Shown here: in pieces, positions 23,169-32,203 of the stretch
How positions within the stretch are numbered: the first letter of the stretch is position 1
Layout: each line of letters begins with the position of its first letter
Source of the DNA: a virus
Length of the DNA stretch: 46,784 bases
Virus record (IMG/VR): IMGVR_UViG_3300045988_077852
Direction: 5' to 3' (one strand)
The notes under the pieces: model-generated
The model's database searches: none
Told to the model about the DNA's origin: nothing
The model's input: the letters and a program-made list of their open reading frames with translations, nothing else
Made by a program: the position numbers and the translations under genes

Positions 23169-23549
23169 ATGGCACAGGATTATATAAAAATCAATAATAA
23201 AAAAGTCTGGCAACCAGATTCAGACACAGCTGTAGCATTTGAAACTACCTATACGCAAGGTAGCACAAGGGCACAGTCTGGTAAAGGAAAGTTTACCCCG
23301 ATGTTCACAGTAGAGCGATTTACATACAGTGCATCGGATGTGCCAATGTCTAAGGTTACGGAAATATTAGAAATGGTGGCACGTGGTAAATCTTTTGATT
23401 TACATTATTTTTCTGTATTTTACGGAGAGTGGAGAACAGCAAAGTTTTATGTCGGACAGGTATCGGACATTAAGATAAAAACACTTAAAAATAACCATGA
23501 AAAAGTATCAAGTATATCTTTCAATATGCAGGGGGTTAACCCGATATGA
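23169..23549 (+). CDS. putative distal tail protein (126 aa, short)
   Basis: Position immediately after the tape measure. AAGGAG RBS. Confidence 0.4.
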   Translation: MAQDYIKINNKKVWQPDSDTAVAFETTYTQGSTRAQSGKGKFTPMFTVERFTYSASDVPMSKVTEILEMVARGKSFDLHYFSVFYGEWRTAKFYVGQVSDIKIKTLKNNHEKVSSISFNMQGVNPI

Positions 23550-26500
23550 TAAATGTAAGTGATGAATTTAAACAGCTAATGACAGAACGACAAGATTTTA
23601 AATGCAATGCAGAAGTAACGCTTGCGAATGGAACTGTACTGCCATTAGGAGAAGATGATTTTTCAATAGATAACAATAGTCTGGTCGATGCGGCAGGTGC
23701 TAACACCATTCCTTTAGGTGTTGCACTCAGCCGTAATGTCCAGTTAGAAATCATGAATGACGATGATCACTTATCCAATTATGACTTCTTTGGAGCAAAA
23801 ATAAGACTGTATATAACATTTGAATTATCAGAGACAACAGAAAAAATTGAATACGGTACATTTACAGTTACACAGCCAGAGGGCTACGGAAACGTTGTAA
23901 CTATTGTCGGATACGATGATATGTACAAAGCTGATAAGGCATACAGCACAACATTGACGTTCCCTGCGACAGCAAAGAGCGTGTTAATTGATAGTTGTGA
24001 TACCTGCGGTATCTTGATTGGAAATAGTAACTTTTTACATAATGACTTCCAGATACCAACCATGCCATCTAGTGAGTATACACACCGACAGATTATAGGT
24101 TTTATCGCTATGATTGCCTGCGGAAACGCAAGAATTGACCGTACAGGACATTTACAGATAATGACCTATGATTTTAACTATGACAGCGGCAATGTTCATA
24201 CTTTGACCGATTACAACACTCTGACGAATGATACAAACGATGTGCAGGTAACAGGCGTGCAAATGACAAAGACTGTCACTAAGACAACAACCGATGAAGA
24301 TGGTAACGAAAATGAAGAAGATGTGGAAGAATTAGTCAAATACGGTTCAGATGGCTACGTTTTAGAAATAGAGAATCCGTTAGTTGCAGGTCATGAAGAA
24401 ACATTAGTTTCTTGGATTTATGAAAGATTCAAGGATGTAACGTTTCGTGGATTTACGATGGATTATATTTCTTATCCAATTGCAGAGTTTGGAGACAAGA
24501 TAAAGATTACAGACTGGCGAGGTAAAAGCTTCTATTCTGTATTAACAGATGTAAACTTTGTATTCTTTGGATATACAACACTTAAAAATAGTGCAGAATC
24601 TCCAATGAGAAATCAAAGCAATTACACGTCAAGTGAACAAAAAGCACTGATTCAAGGGAAAGAATTAGTTGAACGTGAAAAGACAAATCGTGAAATTGCA
24701 GTTAAAAAGTTAAATGATACATTAAAAAACAGCTCTGGCATGTATTCTACAGCAGAAAAACAACCAGACGGCTCTACTATTTACTATTTGCACGATAAAC
24801 CAACAATCGCAGAATCACAGAATGTTATCAAACTAACAGCCGAAACAATTGGTTTTTCCACGGATGGAGGTAAAAATTATCCATATGGTTTTACAATCAC
24901 AGGCGAAATGATAACAAGATTGCTTTATGTAGAGGGAATTAATGCAGATTATATTAATACTGGTGCATTGACAGTCAAGGATAAATCTGGAAATATTATC
25001 TTTTTTGCAGACATAGAAACTGGTACTGTAAGGATTTCTGGAGATAACGTCACAATAGGTGGAAAGACTGCAACAGAAGCGATTAATGACGCAATCAATG
25101 AAGCGAAAAAGTCTCGTGCTATGATTATAAATCTTGACAAGGACTATCAAGCAATCACAACAGATTACAAAGGAGAATACACAGCGTTTCCAGAATGTCA
25201 CACGACAGCACAAGTGTTGTGGGGGCATACAGATATATCTAACGATTGCAGTTATAGTATTCAGAAATCTAGTGGAATTGTAGGCTCTTGGGATAATACA
25301 ACTCATACTTACACTGTAACAGCATTGATTGCAGATACAGGGTGGATTGATATTACAGCAAATTACCTTGATACATATACAGTTACAAAGCGTTTTGATG
25401 TTGCAAAGGTTAAAAGTGGTGCACCGGGTGCACAAGGAGACGGTACTTACCTACACATTAAGTATAGCAACGATGGTGGTAAGACGTTTACGGATGCAAC
25501 AGTAGGCTCATGGATAGGAACTTGCGTAGATAGCAACGTAGAAGCACCCCTCGATGTTAATGCGTATACTTGGGCGAAAATCGAGGGAAAAGCAGGTCGT
25601 ACATACTTTATGGAAACATCATCTAGTATTGTAAAAATGTCAGCGGACAGTACAATAGTTCCAAACTTCATTACATTGTCTGGTTATTATCGTGACGGAA
25701 CAGAAACAGCACGTACAGCTTATAAGTGCCGATTTAAGATTGAAGAGACAGCAGACAATGAGACGTACAACACTGTATACACATCGACAGAAGATGAAAC
25801 TGATATTACTCATGCATTGTACTCTGCATTAGCAACAGGCTCAAATGGAATTAGTGCTGATGAAACTAACGGAATCGCAATTTCACGAAATCTTACAGCA
25901 CTTAGATGTACGATGTATGCAGCAGGTGGATTCACACAGATTCTTGACATTGAGACAATCCCAGTTGCAATAGACGTTGATGCACTAACACACGAAGATA
26001 TATTTAATCTGTTGACGAATAATGGAGCATGGCAAGGTATTTATCGTGGCTCTGACGGTAAGTTGTATATCAACTTTACTTATGCTAGAGGTGGAACATT
26101 AAATCTTGGTGGAAAAGCTGATACATATGGAGACGGGGAATTACACGTTTATAATTATTTCGACAAAGAAGTTGTGACGATAGACAATAAAGGGATTATA
26201 GTACTGAATTATTCACTTGGAATTTCGGCTGATGAAAAGCCAATATCATATGTGTGTATAACACCAGACGTGTTCGGTGGTATATATATATCTGAAAACA
26301 AGGATGGAACTGGTGCATGTGCGATTTTGTCCCCAGATGAGATTATATTAAAAAATAACAGCAGTGGACCACTTACAGTACAAACAGACATAACAATGCA
26401 TATGACGGATGAATCACTTTATCTTGGGTCGACAAGTGAATATAAATTTCATTTTGGAAAAGAAAGATCAAGTTTTTATCAGCCAGTTACTATTGGCGGA

Positions 26501-26953
26501 AGTTTGTCTGTTACCGGAGAAAAAAACAGAATAATAGATACAGAAAATTATGATACAAGAAAGCAGTATTGTTATGAAACAGCAACCCCATATTTTGGAG
26601 ACATCGGAACAGCACAAACTGATGAAACAGGAAAATGTTACATAGACATTGACGATATATTTGCAGAAACAGTAAACACAGGTGTTGAATACCAAGTATT
26701 CTTGCAGAAAGAGGGACAAGGCGACATATGGGTAGAAGAAAAGACCGATAGTTACTTTGTCGTAAAAGGTACTGAAAATCTTAAGTTTTCATGGGAAATC
26801 AAAGCAATTCAGAGAGATTATGAGTTTGAACGACTTGAAAAATTCGACAACTCAGAGAAAGAAGAAGTAATTGACTACGAGAAAGAATACATGGAAGAAA
26901 TCAACGATTTGATTAAAGAACAGGAGGAAATGTTAAATGAAACAGTTGAGTAG
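23546..26953 (+). CDS. tail tip / baseplate protein, prophage-tail (Tal-like) N-terminus with long C-terminal extension (1135 aa)
   Basis: Size and position. ATGA overlap with the upstream gene. Acidic C-terminus. Confidence 0.7.
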   Translation: MINVSDEFKQLMTERQDFKCNAEVTLANGTVLPLGEDDFSIDNNSLVDAAGANTIPLGVALSRNVQLEIMNDDDHLSNYDFFGAKIRLYITFELSETTEKIEYGTFTVTQPEGYGNVVTIVGYDDMYKADKAYSTTLTFPATAKSVLIDSCDTCGILIGNSNFLHNDFQIPTMPSSEYTHRQIIGFIAMIACGNARIDRTGHLQIMTYDFNYDSGNVHTLTDYNTLTNDTNDVQVTGVQMTKTVTKTTTDEDGNENEEDVEELVKYGSDGYVLEIENPLVAGHEETLVSWIYERFKDVTFRGFTMDYISYPIAEFGDKIKITDWRGKSFYSVLTDVNFVFFGYTTLKNSAESPMRNQSNYTSSEQKALIQGKELVEREKTNREIAVKKLNDTLKNSSGMYSTAEKQPDGSTIYYLHDKPTIAESQNVIKLTAETIGFSTDGGKNYPYGFTITGEMITRLLYVEGINADYINTGALTVKDKSGNIIFFADIETGTVRISGDNVTIGGKTATEAINDAINEAKKSRAMIINLDKDYQAITTDYKGEYTAFPECHTTAQVLWGHTDISNDCSYSIQKSSGIVGSWDNTTHTYTVTALIADTGWIDITANYLDTYTVTKRFDVAKVKSGAPGAQGDGTYLHIKYSNDGGKTFTDATVGSWIGTCVDSNVEAPLDVNAYTWAKIEGKAGRTYFMETSSSIVKMSADSTIVPNFITLSGYYRDGTETARTAYKCRFKIEETADNETYNTVYTSTEDETDITHALYSALATGSNGISADETNGIAISRNLTALRCTMYAAGGFTQILDIETIPVAIDVDALTHEDIFNLLTNNGAWQGIYRGSDGKLYINFTYARGGTLNLGGKADTYGDGELHVYNYFDKEVVTIDNKGIIVLNYSLGISADEKPISYVCITPDVFGGIYISENKDGTGACAILSPDEIILKNNSSGPLTVQTDITMHMTDESLYLGSTSEYKFHFGKERSSFYQPVTIGGSLSVTGEKNRIIDTENYDTRKQYCYETATPYFGDIGTAQTDETGKCYIDIDDIFAETVNTGVEYQVFLQKEGQGDIWVEEKTDSYFVVKGTENLKFSWEIKAIQRDYEFERLEKFDNSEKEEVIDYEKEYMEEINDLIKEQEEMLNETVE

Positions 26954-27137
26954 CTTTATGGTATTAAACATTGACGGTGGAGACAGAGTAACATACACAT
27001 ACAACAAGATTGACGATAGCACAGGCGAACCAATCAGCAGAAATAATAAGGGTAATTTCTATGTAGTTGACGATGAATTGAAAGTGCATATTGATGCTAT
27101 TAGAAACTTTGTTAAAGATAACAAACTGAATGATTAA
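26937..27137 (+). CDS. hypothetical protein (66 aa)
   Basis: ORF track. AGGAGG RBS. Confidence 0.5.
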   Translation: MKQLSSFMVLNIDGGDRVTYTYNKIDDSTGEPISRNNKGNFYVVDDELKVHIDAIRNFVKDNKLND

Positions 27138-27148
27138 GGAGTGATATT

Positions 27149-27610
27149 ATGGCAATTAATATACCTTTAATACATATCTCAGATTTAACAGAGAAAAAGA
27201 CTATCTCAGATTCAGACTACATGCTTACTGGTGGGAGTACTGCTAGTAAGGTTAAGTGGTCAACAATCGTGTCCTTAATTAAAACTAAATTAGGGATTGG
27301 AAATATAGAAAACAATATAAGTGAAATACAATCAGATATTTCTACGTTAAAGTCTGACTTAAAAGATGCATTTGTAACGCAATATGCCGAATTGAATGGT
27401 AATGGAAACAACTATTTTTATATTGATCGTAAACAAGGTTATCGCTTGAGTTCTGCGATATTGCATGTATATGATACTGGTTATATACGTGTTGAAGCAA
27501 TATCTCAGGAAGTTAACAATGAGAATCTTTATGTGTTATGGACAAATAATAGTTATCCAAAAAACAAAAAAATTGGCTGTGATCTTGTATGGATCAAAGA
27601 AAACTTCTGA
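27149..27610 (+). CDS. small fibre-like protein sharing an N-terminal motif with the next fibre gene (153 aa)
   Basis: AAGGAG RBS. N-terminus ISDLTEKKTISDSDYMLTGGSTASKVKWSTIVSLI parallels INDLPLLPNPTEDMYCLVGKDNLKKVPWSAIMGQI of ORF 27803. Confidence 0.45.
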   Translation: MAINIPLIHISDLTEKKTISDSDYMLTGGSTASKVKWSTIVSLIKTKLGIGNIENNISEIQSDISTLKSDLKDAFVTQYAELNGNGNNYFYIDRKQGYRLSSAILHVYDTGYIRVEAISQEVNNENLYVLWTNNSYPKNKKIGCDLVWIKENF

Positions 27611-27802
27611 TTTTGATACGATTATAGTAGGAACATCTGTCTCAACAGTAAGTCAAACGGTATAAGTGCCGATTGTAGAAAGTATCGAAACATTAACCGA
27701 TGGTGAATTAAGGAGGGTATATGAACGTAGACATGACGTTTTCCGTTTTGTCGGAAAATTTTAGCACAAAAATCATTACAGAAGTAAAAGAGGTGGATAC
27801 AA

Positions 27803-29239
27803 ATGGCAAAGATAAATGATTTACCGCTGTTGCCTAATCCGACAGAAGATATGTATTGTCTGGTTGGAAAAGATAATTTAAAGAAAGTACCGTGGTCTGC
27901 GATTATGGGGCAGATTGGAGCACCTTATATTGCAACTACTGTCGCAGGTATGACAGACAAAACAAGAGTCTATGTCTATCAAGGTAGTGAGTCTGGTTAT
28001 ACAAGTGGCAATTGGTATTACTGGAATGGGTCTGCATGGACTTCTGGTGGTGTTTATAATTCGGCTGCGGTAAACACAGATAAAACACTTACACAATCAG
28101 ATAAACCTGCGGATTCGGCTATAGTTGGAAAGGAAATTGGTTCACTAAAGGGAGATTTAGAAATCGAAAAAAATCATACGGAAACAGAATACAAAGAAGA
28201 AGTTGTACAATTAGAAATAACGGAAGGACAGGCAATTAGTACAGATGGAGAGCTGTACTCTTCTGCGTATGCAAGATGGGGGAAAGCTTCGGTAGAAGGA
28301 TTGTGTAAAATAAAAGTGAGTGGACGCTCGCAACAAAACAAAAAATATCCATTAATATCATATTTTGACACTAACGATAAATTGTTAGGTAGTGATTGTG
28401 GGGATGGAACTGCCAAAAACTATGTAGATATCGAATTGACAACACCATTAAGAACGGCATATGTAAAAATTAATGGTGCACAAGGAACTAGTACATCTGT
28501 AGGACCCAAATTGACAAAAGTATCACAACTAACAGTAAAAGAATTTTTGAACAAAAATAAAAATAATGATAATCCTTTATATGGTAAAAAAATAGTATGT
28601 ATGGGAGACAGTATAGTAAAAGGACAAGGCTATAACGGGGATACAAAAGGTAACAAATCATATGTTGACATGATTGCAGAAAAAAACAACATGACTTGTA
28701 TAAATTATGCTGTATCAGGTGCTACGATTATGTCTGGGACAAACGAAACAGTATTTCACATCTGCGATAATATTGAAACAATGGATGAAGATGCCGATTA
28801 TATTATTGTTGGTGGTGGATATAACGATCATATCTATAGAGGAACTATTGGAAGTCTTACAGATGATTATACTAGCGAAATAACAAATACATCAAGAATA
28901 ATCGGTGGAACTGAATATATGTGTCGAAAACTATTGGAAAGATATGAAGGAAAAAAGATTCTTTTTGTGTTTTCTCACAAAATTAAAGATACGCCATATA
29001 CAAAAATAAATGATTATAATAATGGTTCGCACACAATGACAGAAGTACACGATGCTATTGAGAGCGTGTTGAAAAAATACAGTATGCCATATTGTGACCT
29101 ATACAACATAAGTTGTTTCAATACAGCTATATCAAGTTATCTCAAATATACAGCTAATAATGATGGTACACATCCAACCAAAGAAGGTTATGAAAAATTT
29201 TACGTACCATACGTAGAAGCAAAATTAAAATTATTATAA
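27803..29239 (+). CDS. tail fibre/spike with C-terminal SGNH/GDSL hydrolase (esterase) domain (478 aa)
   Basis: Block I is GKKIVCMGDSIVKGQG (GDS). Block V is NNDGTHPTKEGYEKF (D-x-x-H). Fibre-type N-terminus. Confidence 0.8.
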   Translation: MAKINDLPLLPNPTEDMYCLVGKDNLKKVPWSAIMGQIGAPYIATTVAGMTDKTRVYVYQGSESGYTSGNWYYWNGSAWTSGGVYNSAAVNTDKTLTQSDKPADSAIVGKEIGSLKGDLEIEKNHTETEYKEEVVQLEITEGQAISTDGELYSSAYARWGKASVEGLCKIKVSGRSQQNKKYPLISYFDTNDKLLGSDCGDGTAKNYVDIELTTPLRTAYVKINGAQGTSTSVGPKLTKVSQLTVKEFLNKNKNNDNPLYGKKIVCMGDSIVKGQGYNGDTKGNKSYVDMIAEKNNMTCINYAVSGATIMSGTNETVFHICDNIETMDEDADYIIVGGGYNDHIYRGTIGSLTDDYTSEITNTSRIIGGTEYMCRKLLERYEGKKILFVFSHKIKDTPYTKINDYNNGSHTMTEVHDAIESVLKKYSMPYCDLYNISCFNTAISSYLKYTANNDGTHPTKEGYEKFYVPYVEAKLKLL

Positions 29240-29396
29240 TTAACTAAAGGAAAATTTAGTTAATCAAAAGAAGTTTTATCAAGTATAAAAAAACCCCCTA
29301 CAAACTGTAGTGGGGAAAGTATAAAATTGAAGATTAAGTATGAAAAATCTTCAAATACATATTAACATATATTTCCACAAAATGAAAGGAGAAATC

Positions 29397-29663
29397 ATGA
29401 ATCTTAAATTACGTTTCAAGAATAAAGCAACATTAGTAGCATTGGCTTCTGCCTTAATTGCATTTATCTATCAGATTCTAGGAATCTTAGGTATCACAGC
29501 ACCAATCGCACAGGATGAAGTATCACAGCTTGTAGGTATCATCCTTAATATCTTAGTGGCTGTCGGGGTATTGGTGGACCCAACAACAAAGGGAATCGGG
29601 GATAGCGAGCTTGCAAAGAACAAGACGGATATTGCTGAGGTAATCGAATATAAGGAGGACTAA
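29397..29663 (+). CDS. holin (88 aa)
   Basis: Trimmed to the ATG at 29397 (AAGGAGA RBS). KLRFKNKATLVALASALIAFIYQILGILGI...ILNILVAVGVLVDPTTKGIGDS matches the Firmicute phage holin pattern. Immediately upstream of the endolysin. Confidence 0.75.
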   Translation: MNLKLRFKNKATLVALASALIAFIYQILGILGITAPIAQDEVSQLVGIILNILVAVGVLVDPTTKGIGDSELAKNKTDIAEVIEYKED

Positions 29664-29664
29664 T

Positions 29665-30420
29665 ATGGCACATACGGTAGACAAGCTTCTTACAGTAGCA
29701 AAAGGAGAAGTCGGATACTTAGAGAAGAAAAGCAAGAAGAATCTAAACAGTAAGACAAAAAACGCAGGTAGCAACAACTACACTAAGTACGGAGCATACT
29801 TTGGTATTAACGGACCAGATGCTTACTGGTGTGACATGTTTGTGGATTGGTGTATGGTGCAGGCATACGGCAGGGATGTAGCAAAAAAACTCTTACATGG
29901 ATTTAGTGCATACACTCCAACATCGGCGCAAAAATTCAAAGACAATGACCAGTGGCATAAAACACCGCGGATTGGAGATCAGATTTTCTTCAAAAACTCT
30001 CAAAGAATCTGTCACACTGGGATTGTGTATGCAGTAACTGATGAGATGGTGTTCACGATCGAGGGAAACACATCTAATGGAACAGCCGTTGTACCAAACG
30101 GTGGTGCTGTATGCAAGAAATCCTACGCAAAGAGTAACAGCCGTATCGCAGGATATGGACGACCTAAATATGATAACGTAAAAGTATCATACAGCGTTGT
30201 AAAAAAGAACTCTTCCAAGAATGCGATCAAGTGGTTACAGAAGAAGCTGAACGCAAATTGTACATATGCAAACGAACATCCATTAGCGGTTGACGGAATC
30301 TGGAAAGCAAAGACAACGCAAGCCTTGAAGAAATACTGGAAACAGTTAGGATGGAACACGTCTGGAACATATGCAGGAAAGAAAACTTGCACAGCTTTGA
30401 AAAAAAATCGAAAAAAGTAG
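29665..30420 (+). CDS. endolysin: CHAP/NlpC-P60-type N-terminal domain plus a peptidoglycan-binding repeat (251 aa)
   Basis: Catalytic Cys context YWCDMFVDWC and His context ICHTGIVYAV...IEGNTS. C-terminal IKWLQKKLN...LAVDGIWKAKTTQALKKYW resembles PG_binding_1. Confidence 0.85.
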   Translation: MAHTVDKLLTVAKGEVGYLEKKSKKNLNSKTKNAGSNNYTKYGAYFGINGPDAYWCDMFVDWCMVQAYGRDVAKKLLHGFSAYTPTSAQKFKDNDQWHKTPRIGDQIFFKNSQRICHTGIVYAVTDEMVFTIEGNTSNGTAVVPNGGAVCKKSYAKSNSRIAGYGRPKYDNVKVSYSVVKKNSSKNAIKWLQKKLNANCTYANEHPLAVDGIWKAKTTQALKKYWKQLGWNTSGTYAGKKTCTALKKNRKK

Positions 30421-30469
30421 TTGCAATGTCGAAAATGATATGATATTATAAACAACGTTGAAGCGAGAA

Positions 30470-30488
30470 TGTTCCATTTTCGTTCCAA
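30470..30488 (+). repeat. Two GTTCCA iterons on the left (P) arm of attP
   Basis: TGTTCCAT (30470-30477) and CGTTCCAA (30481-30488), spaced 11 bp. Confidence 0.6.
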
Positions 30489-30537
30489 CCAAAATTGAGA
30501 AAACATGAGTTTATGCGGTTTGAGAGCATTTTGACCC

Positions 30538-30584
30538 CTTGACTTTTAATCAAGTTGTCCGGGGTTCGAATCCCCGCACGCTCA
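30538..30584 (+). other. attP core: 3' two-thirds of a tRNA-Lys(UUU) gene (anticodon arm to discriminator)
   Basis: CTTGA-CTTTTAA-TCAAG (anticodon TTT), variable loop TTGTC, T arm CGGGG-TTCGAAT-CCCCG, 3' acceptor strand CACGCTC plus A. There is no matching 5' acceptor strand or D arm upstream. Adjacent to the integrase. Confidence 0.7.
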
Positions 30585-30592
30585 CTTTAAAA

Positions 30593-30630
30593 AGCACGGT
30601 TGCCAAATGGCTAAATACCGTGCTTTTCTT
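30593..30630 (+). terminator. Intrinsic terminator following the tRNA-like attP core
   Basis: Stem agcacggt (30593-30600) / accgtgct (30617-30624), followed by TTTTCTT. Confidence 0.65.
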
Positions 30631-30705
30631 GTATTTATGCGGTTTTTAAGGATATGACTTATCTAAAAATCATACCCTTAAAAGTAACCGAAAGTAACTT
30701 GAAGT

Positions 30706-31959
30706 TTAGGGAAGTATTTGTTCCATAGCTGTTCCATGTTCCATTTTTGTTCCAGAAACATTCTTGAAAAGCCATGATAATAAATCTCTGAGTTGTTCCA
30801 TTTTTTGTTCCACTGGTTGTTCCATTTTTTGTTCCAAATCTACGAAACTTAATGCATTATTTACAGCAGACACTTTATCTTCTTTTTCCATCATGATATG
30901 GTTGTATACTTTCATTACAACTTCTTCTGAATCTCCAACTAATTTAGCAACCATCTTGATACTGATAAGTGGAATCTGGTAGCATAAACAAGAACAATAA
31001 TTATGTCTGAAAACATGGCTTGTCAATCCCTCGATGATACTAGGGCTGACTGCCTGCATAGCTTTTAATATTCTGTCAAACATTCTTCGAAAACCAGATT
31101 TTGTCATAGGTTTGTAGTTTTGGTTTACAAAAAGATATTTTCTTTTGTCTTTCCTCAGCATAGATATATAGTCGGCTATATAATCAAATACACTGTTAGG
31201 AATTGGAAGTATTCTTTCTCCGTTAGTTATATTTTTTACCGTTTTTACAAAAGGAATATTATCTGATATGTCGTGAGATTTAGTGATAGATACTGTATGG
31301 GCTTCTAAGTCGAAGTCACTTTCTGTTAGTGCTAGAGCTTCTCCACGCCTTAATCCACAGCCGTAAAGGATGTAGGCATACAATTTATCCATTGGTTTAA
31401 AATCTGCCGTAAAAACGGCTCTCTGTTCGTCTGGTGTCAAAGCACGTTGTTCGTCTGCTTTATATTTGATTCCCTCAAAATCGTCAAAAACGTCTGCGAA
31501 TGTTTGAGCAGAGAAAATACGATCACGTACAGCACTACGCAATATTTGCTTGAATGTCATAGCAATCTGCTGTTGAGTTCGTGGATGCCCTGTAGCATGG
31601 TTTAATAGCAATTGGAAATGTTTTCGCTCAATGTCTTGCAATTTGGTATAAGCTATCGGAATAAAATGTACGTTGATAATGTTTTCATACATTTTGTTTG
31701 TATTATTAGCACGACTAAATTCTTTGTATAAATGTCTCCATTGTACAGCATATTCAATAAATAATATGTCAGTTTCAATGATTCCACGACGTTCATCCCT
31801 TAATCGTTCAAATTCTTTTACTTTCTTTTCAAGGTCCTTAGAGCTTTTTGGAGATCGCAGGTGTTTATATTTTTTTTTACCGTTATCCTTGTATGTACCA
31901 TCCCACACGTTGGTAGAATAGTAACCGTCTTTACCTTTTTTGAATTTAGCTGTTGCCAT
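30706..31959 (-). CDS. int: tyrosine integrase with a ~45-aa C-terminal extension encoded by iteron DNA (417 aa)
   Basis: GLRRGEALAL (Arg), HVFRHNYCS (H-x-x-R), VMKVYNH (Tyr). Arm-binding-type basic N-terminus. AAGGAG RBS. The C-terminal KMEQPVEQKMEQ...GTKMEHGTAMEQ is encoded by GTTCCA repeats. Confidence 0.9.
   Translation of the reverse strand: MATAKFKKGKDGYYSTNVWDGTYKDNGKKKYKHLRSPKSSKDLEKKVKEFERLRDERRGIIETDILFIEYAVQWRHLYKEFSRANNTNKMYENIINVHFIPIAYTKLQDIERKHFQLLLNHATGHPRTQQQIAMTFKQILRSAVRDRIFSAQTFADVFDDFEGIKYKADEQRALTPDEQRAVFTADFKPMDKLYAYILYGCGLRRGEALALTESDFDLEAHTVSITKSHDISDNIPFVKTVKNITNGERILPIPNSVFDYIADYISMLRKDKRKYLFVNQNYKPMTKSGFRRMFDRILKAMQAVSPSIIEGLTSHVFRHNYCSCLCYQIPLISIKMVAKLVGDSEEVVMKVYNHIMMEKEDKVSAVNNALSFVDLEQKMEQPVEQKMEQLRDLLSWLFKNVSGTKMEHGTAMEQILP
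30719..30837 (+). repeat. Eight GTTCCA iterons in two clusters within the 3' end of int
   Basis: Cluster 1 starts at 30719, 30730, 30738 and 30748. Cluster 2 starts at 30794, 30806, 30818 and 30830, with an exact 12-bp period. 30793-30829 is an inverted near-copy of 39242-39278. Confidence 0.8.
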
Positions 31960-32036
31960 TGTATCACTCCTTAGTTATAAATTAGTTAAAAATTGGTACA
32001 AAAATAACAGCCATGCAAGAGTAGTTTTTAAAAAGA

Positions 32037-32064
32037 TTGAAAAATAACATAGATGTGTTACAAT
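32037..32064 (+). promoter_or_regulatory. Promoter P3 (same family as P1/P2)
   Basis: TTGAAA (32037-32042), 16 nt spacer, TGt-TACAAT (32059-32064). The downstream TATAAATG matches P1. Confidence 0.5.
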
Positions 32065-32069
32065 ATAAA

Positions 32070-32162
32070 TGAACTTTCTATAATTTAATATTTTATAATC
32101 CAACGATGTTATGGAAAAAGGAGTTACCGATTCTTATTAGTCTTCACGGTGGCTCTTTTTTT
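32070..32162 (+). ncRNA. Candidate small RNA 1 (~90 nt, promoter P3 to terminator)
   Basis: No RBS-preceded ORF. Ends in hairpin GAGTTACCG (32121-32129) / CGGTGGCTC (32147-32155; two G-U pairs) plus T7 (32156-32162). Confidence 0.35.
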
Positions 32163-32168
32163 ATACCC

Positions 32169-32197
32169 TTGCGTGACCGCACTGTTAATGATACAAT
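32169..32197 (+). promoter_or_regulatory. Promoter P4
   Basis: TTGCGT (32169-32174), 17 nt spacer, TGa-TACAAT (32192-32197). Confidence 0.4.
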
Positions 32198-32203
32198 AAT
32201 AGT

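Larger units (their letters stand above)
30510..30645 (+). repeat. Two TTTATGCGGTTT 12-mers bracketing the attP core
   Basis: Exact 12-mers at 30510-30521 and 30634-30645, in the same orientation. Two more copies are at 33180-33191 and 33297-33308. Confidence 0.7.

Noticed and set aside
24833-25435. 200-aa minus-strand ORF inside the tail-tip gene
   Set aside because: It is a shadow ORF with a Cys/Ile-rich nonsense-like composition, no RBS, and a position wholly inside a well-supported plus-strand gene.
29240-29396. Terminator after the fibre/esterase gene (hairpins ttaactaaa/tttagttaa and cccctaca/tgtagtgggg)
   Set aside because: The first stem is A/T only. The second is followed by A-rich rather than T-rich sequence on the coding strand. 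Neither is convincing as an intrinsic terminator.
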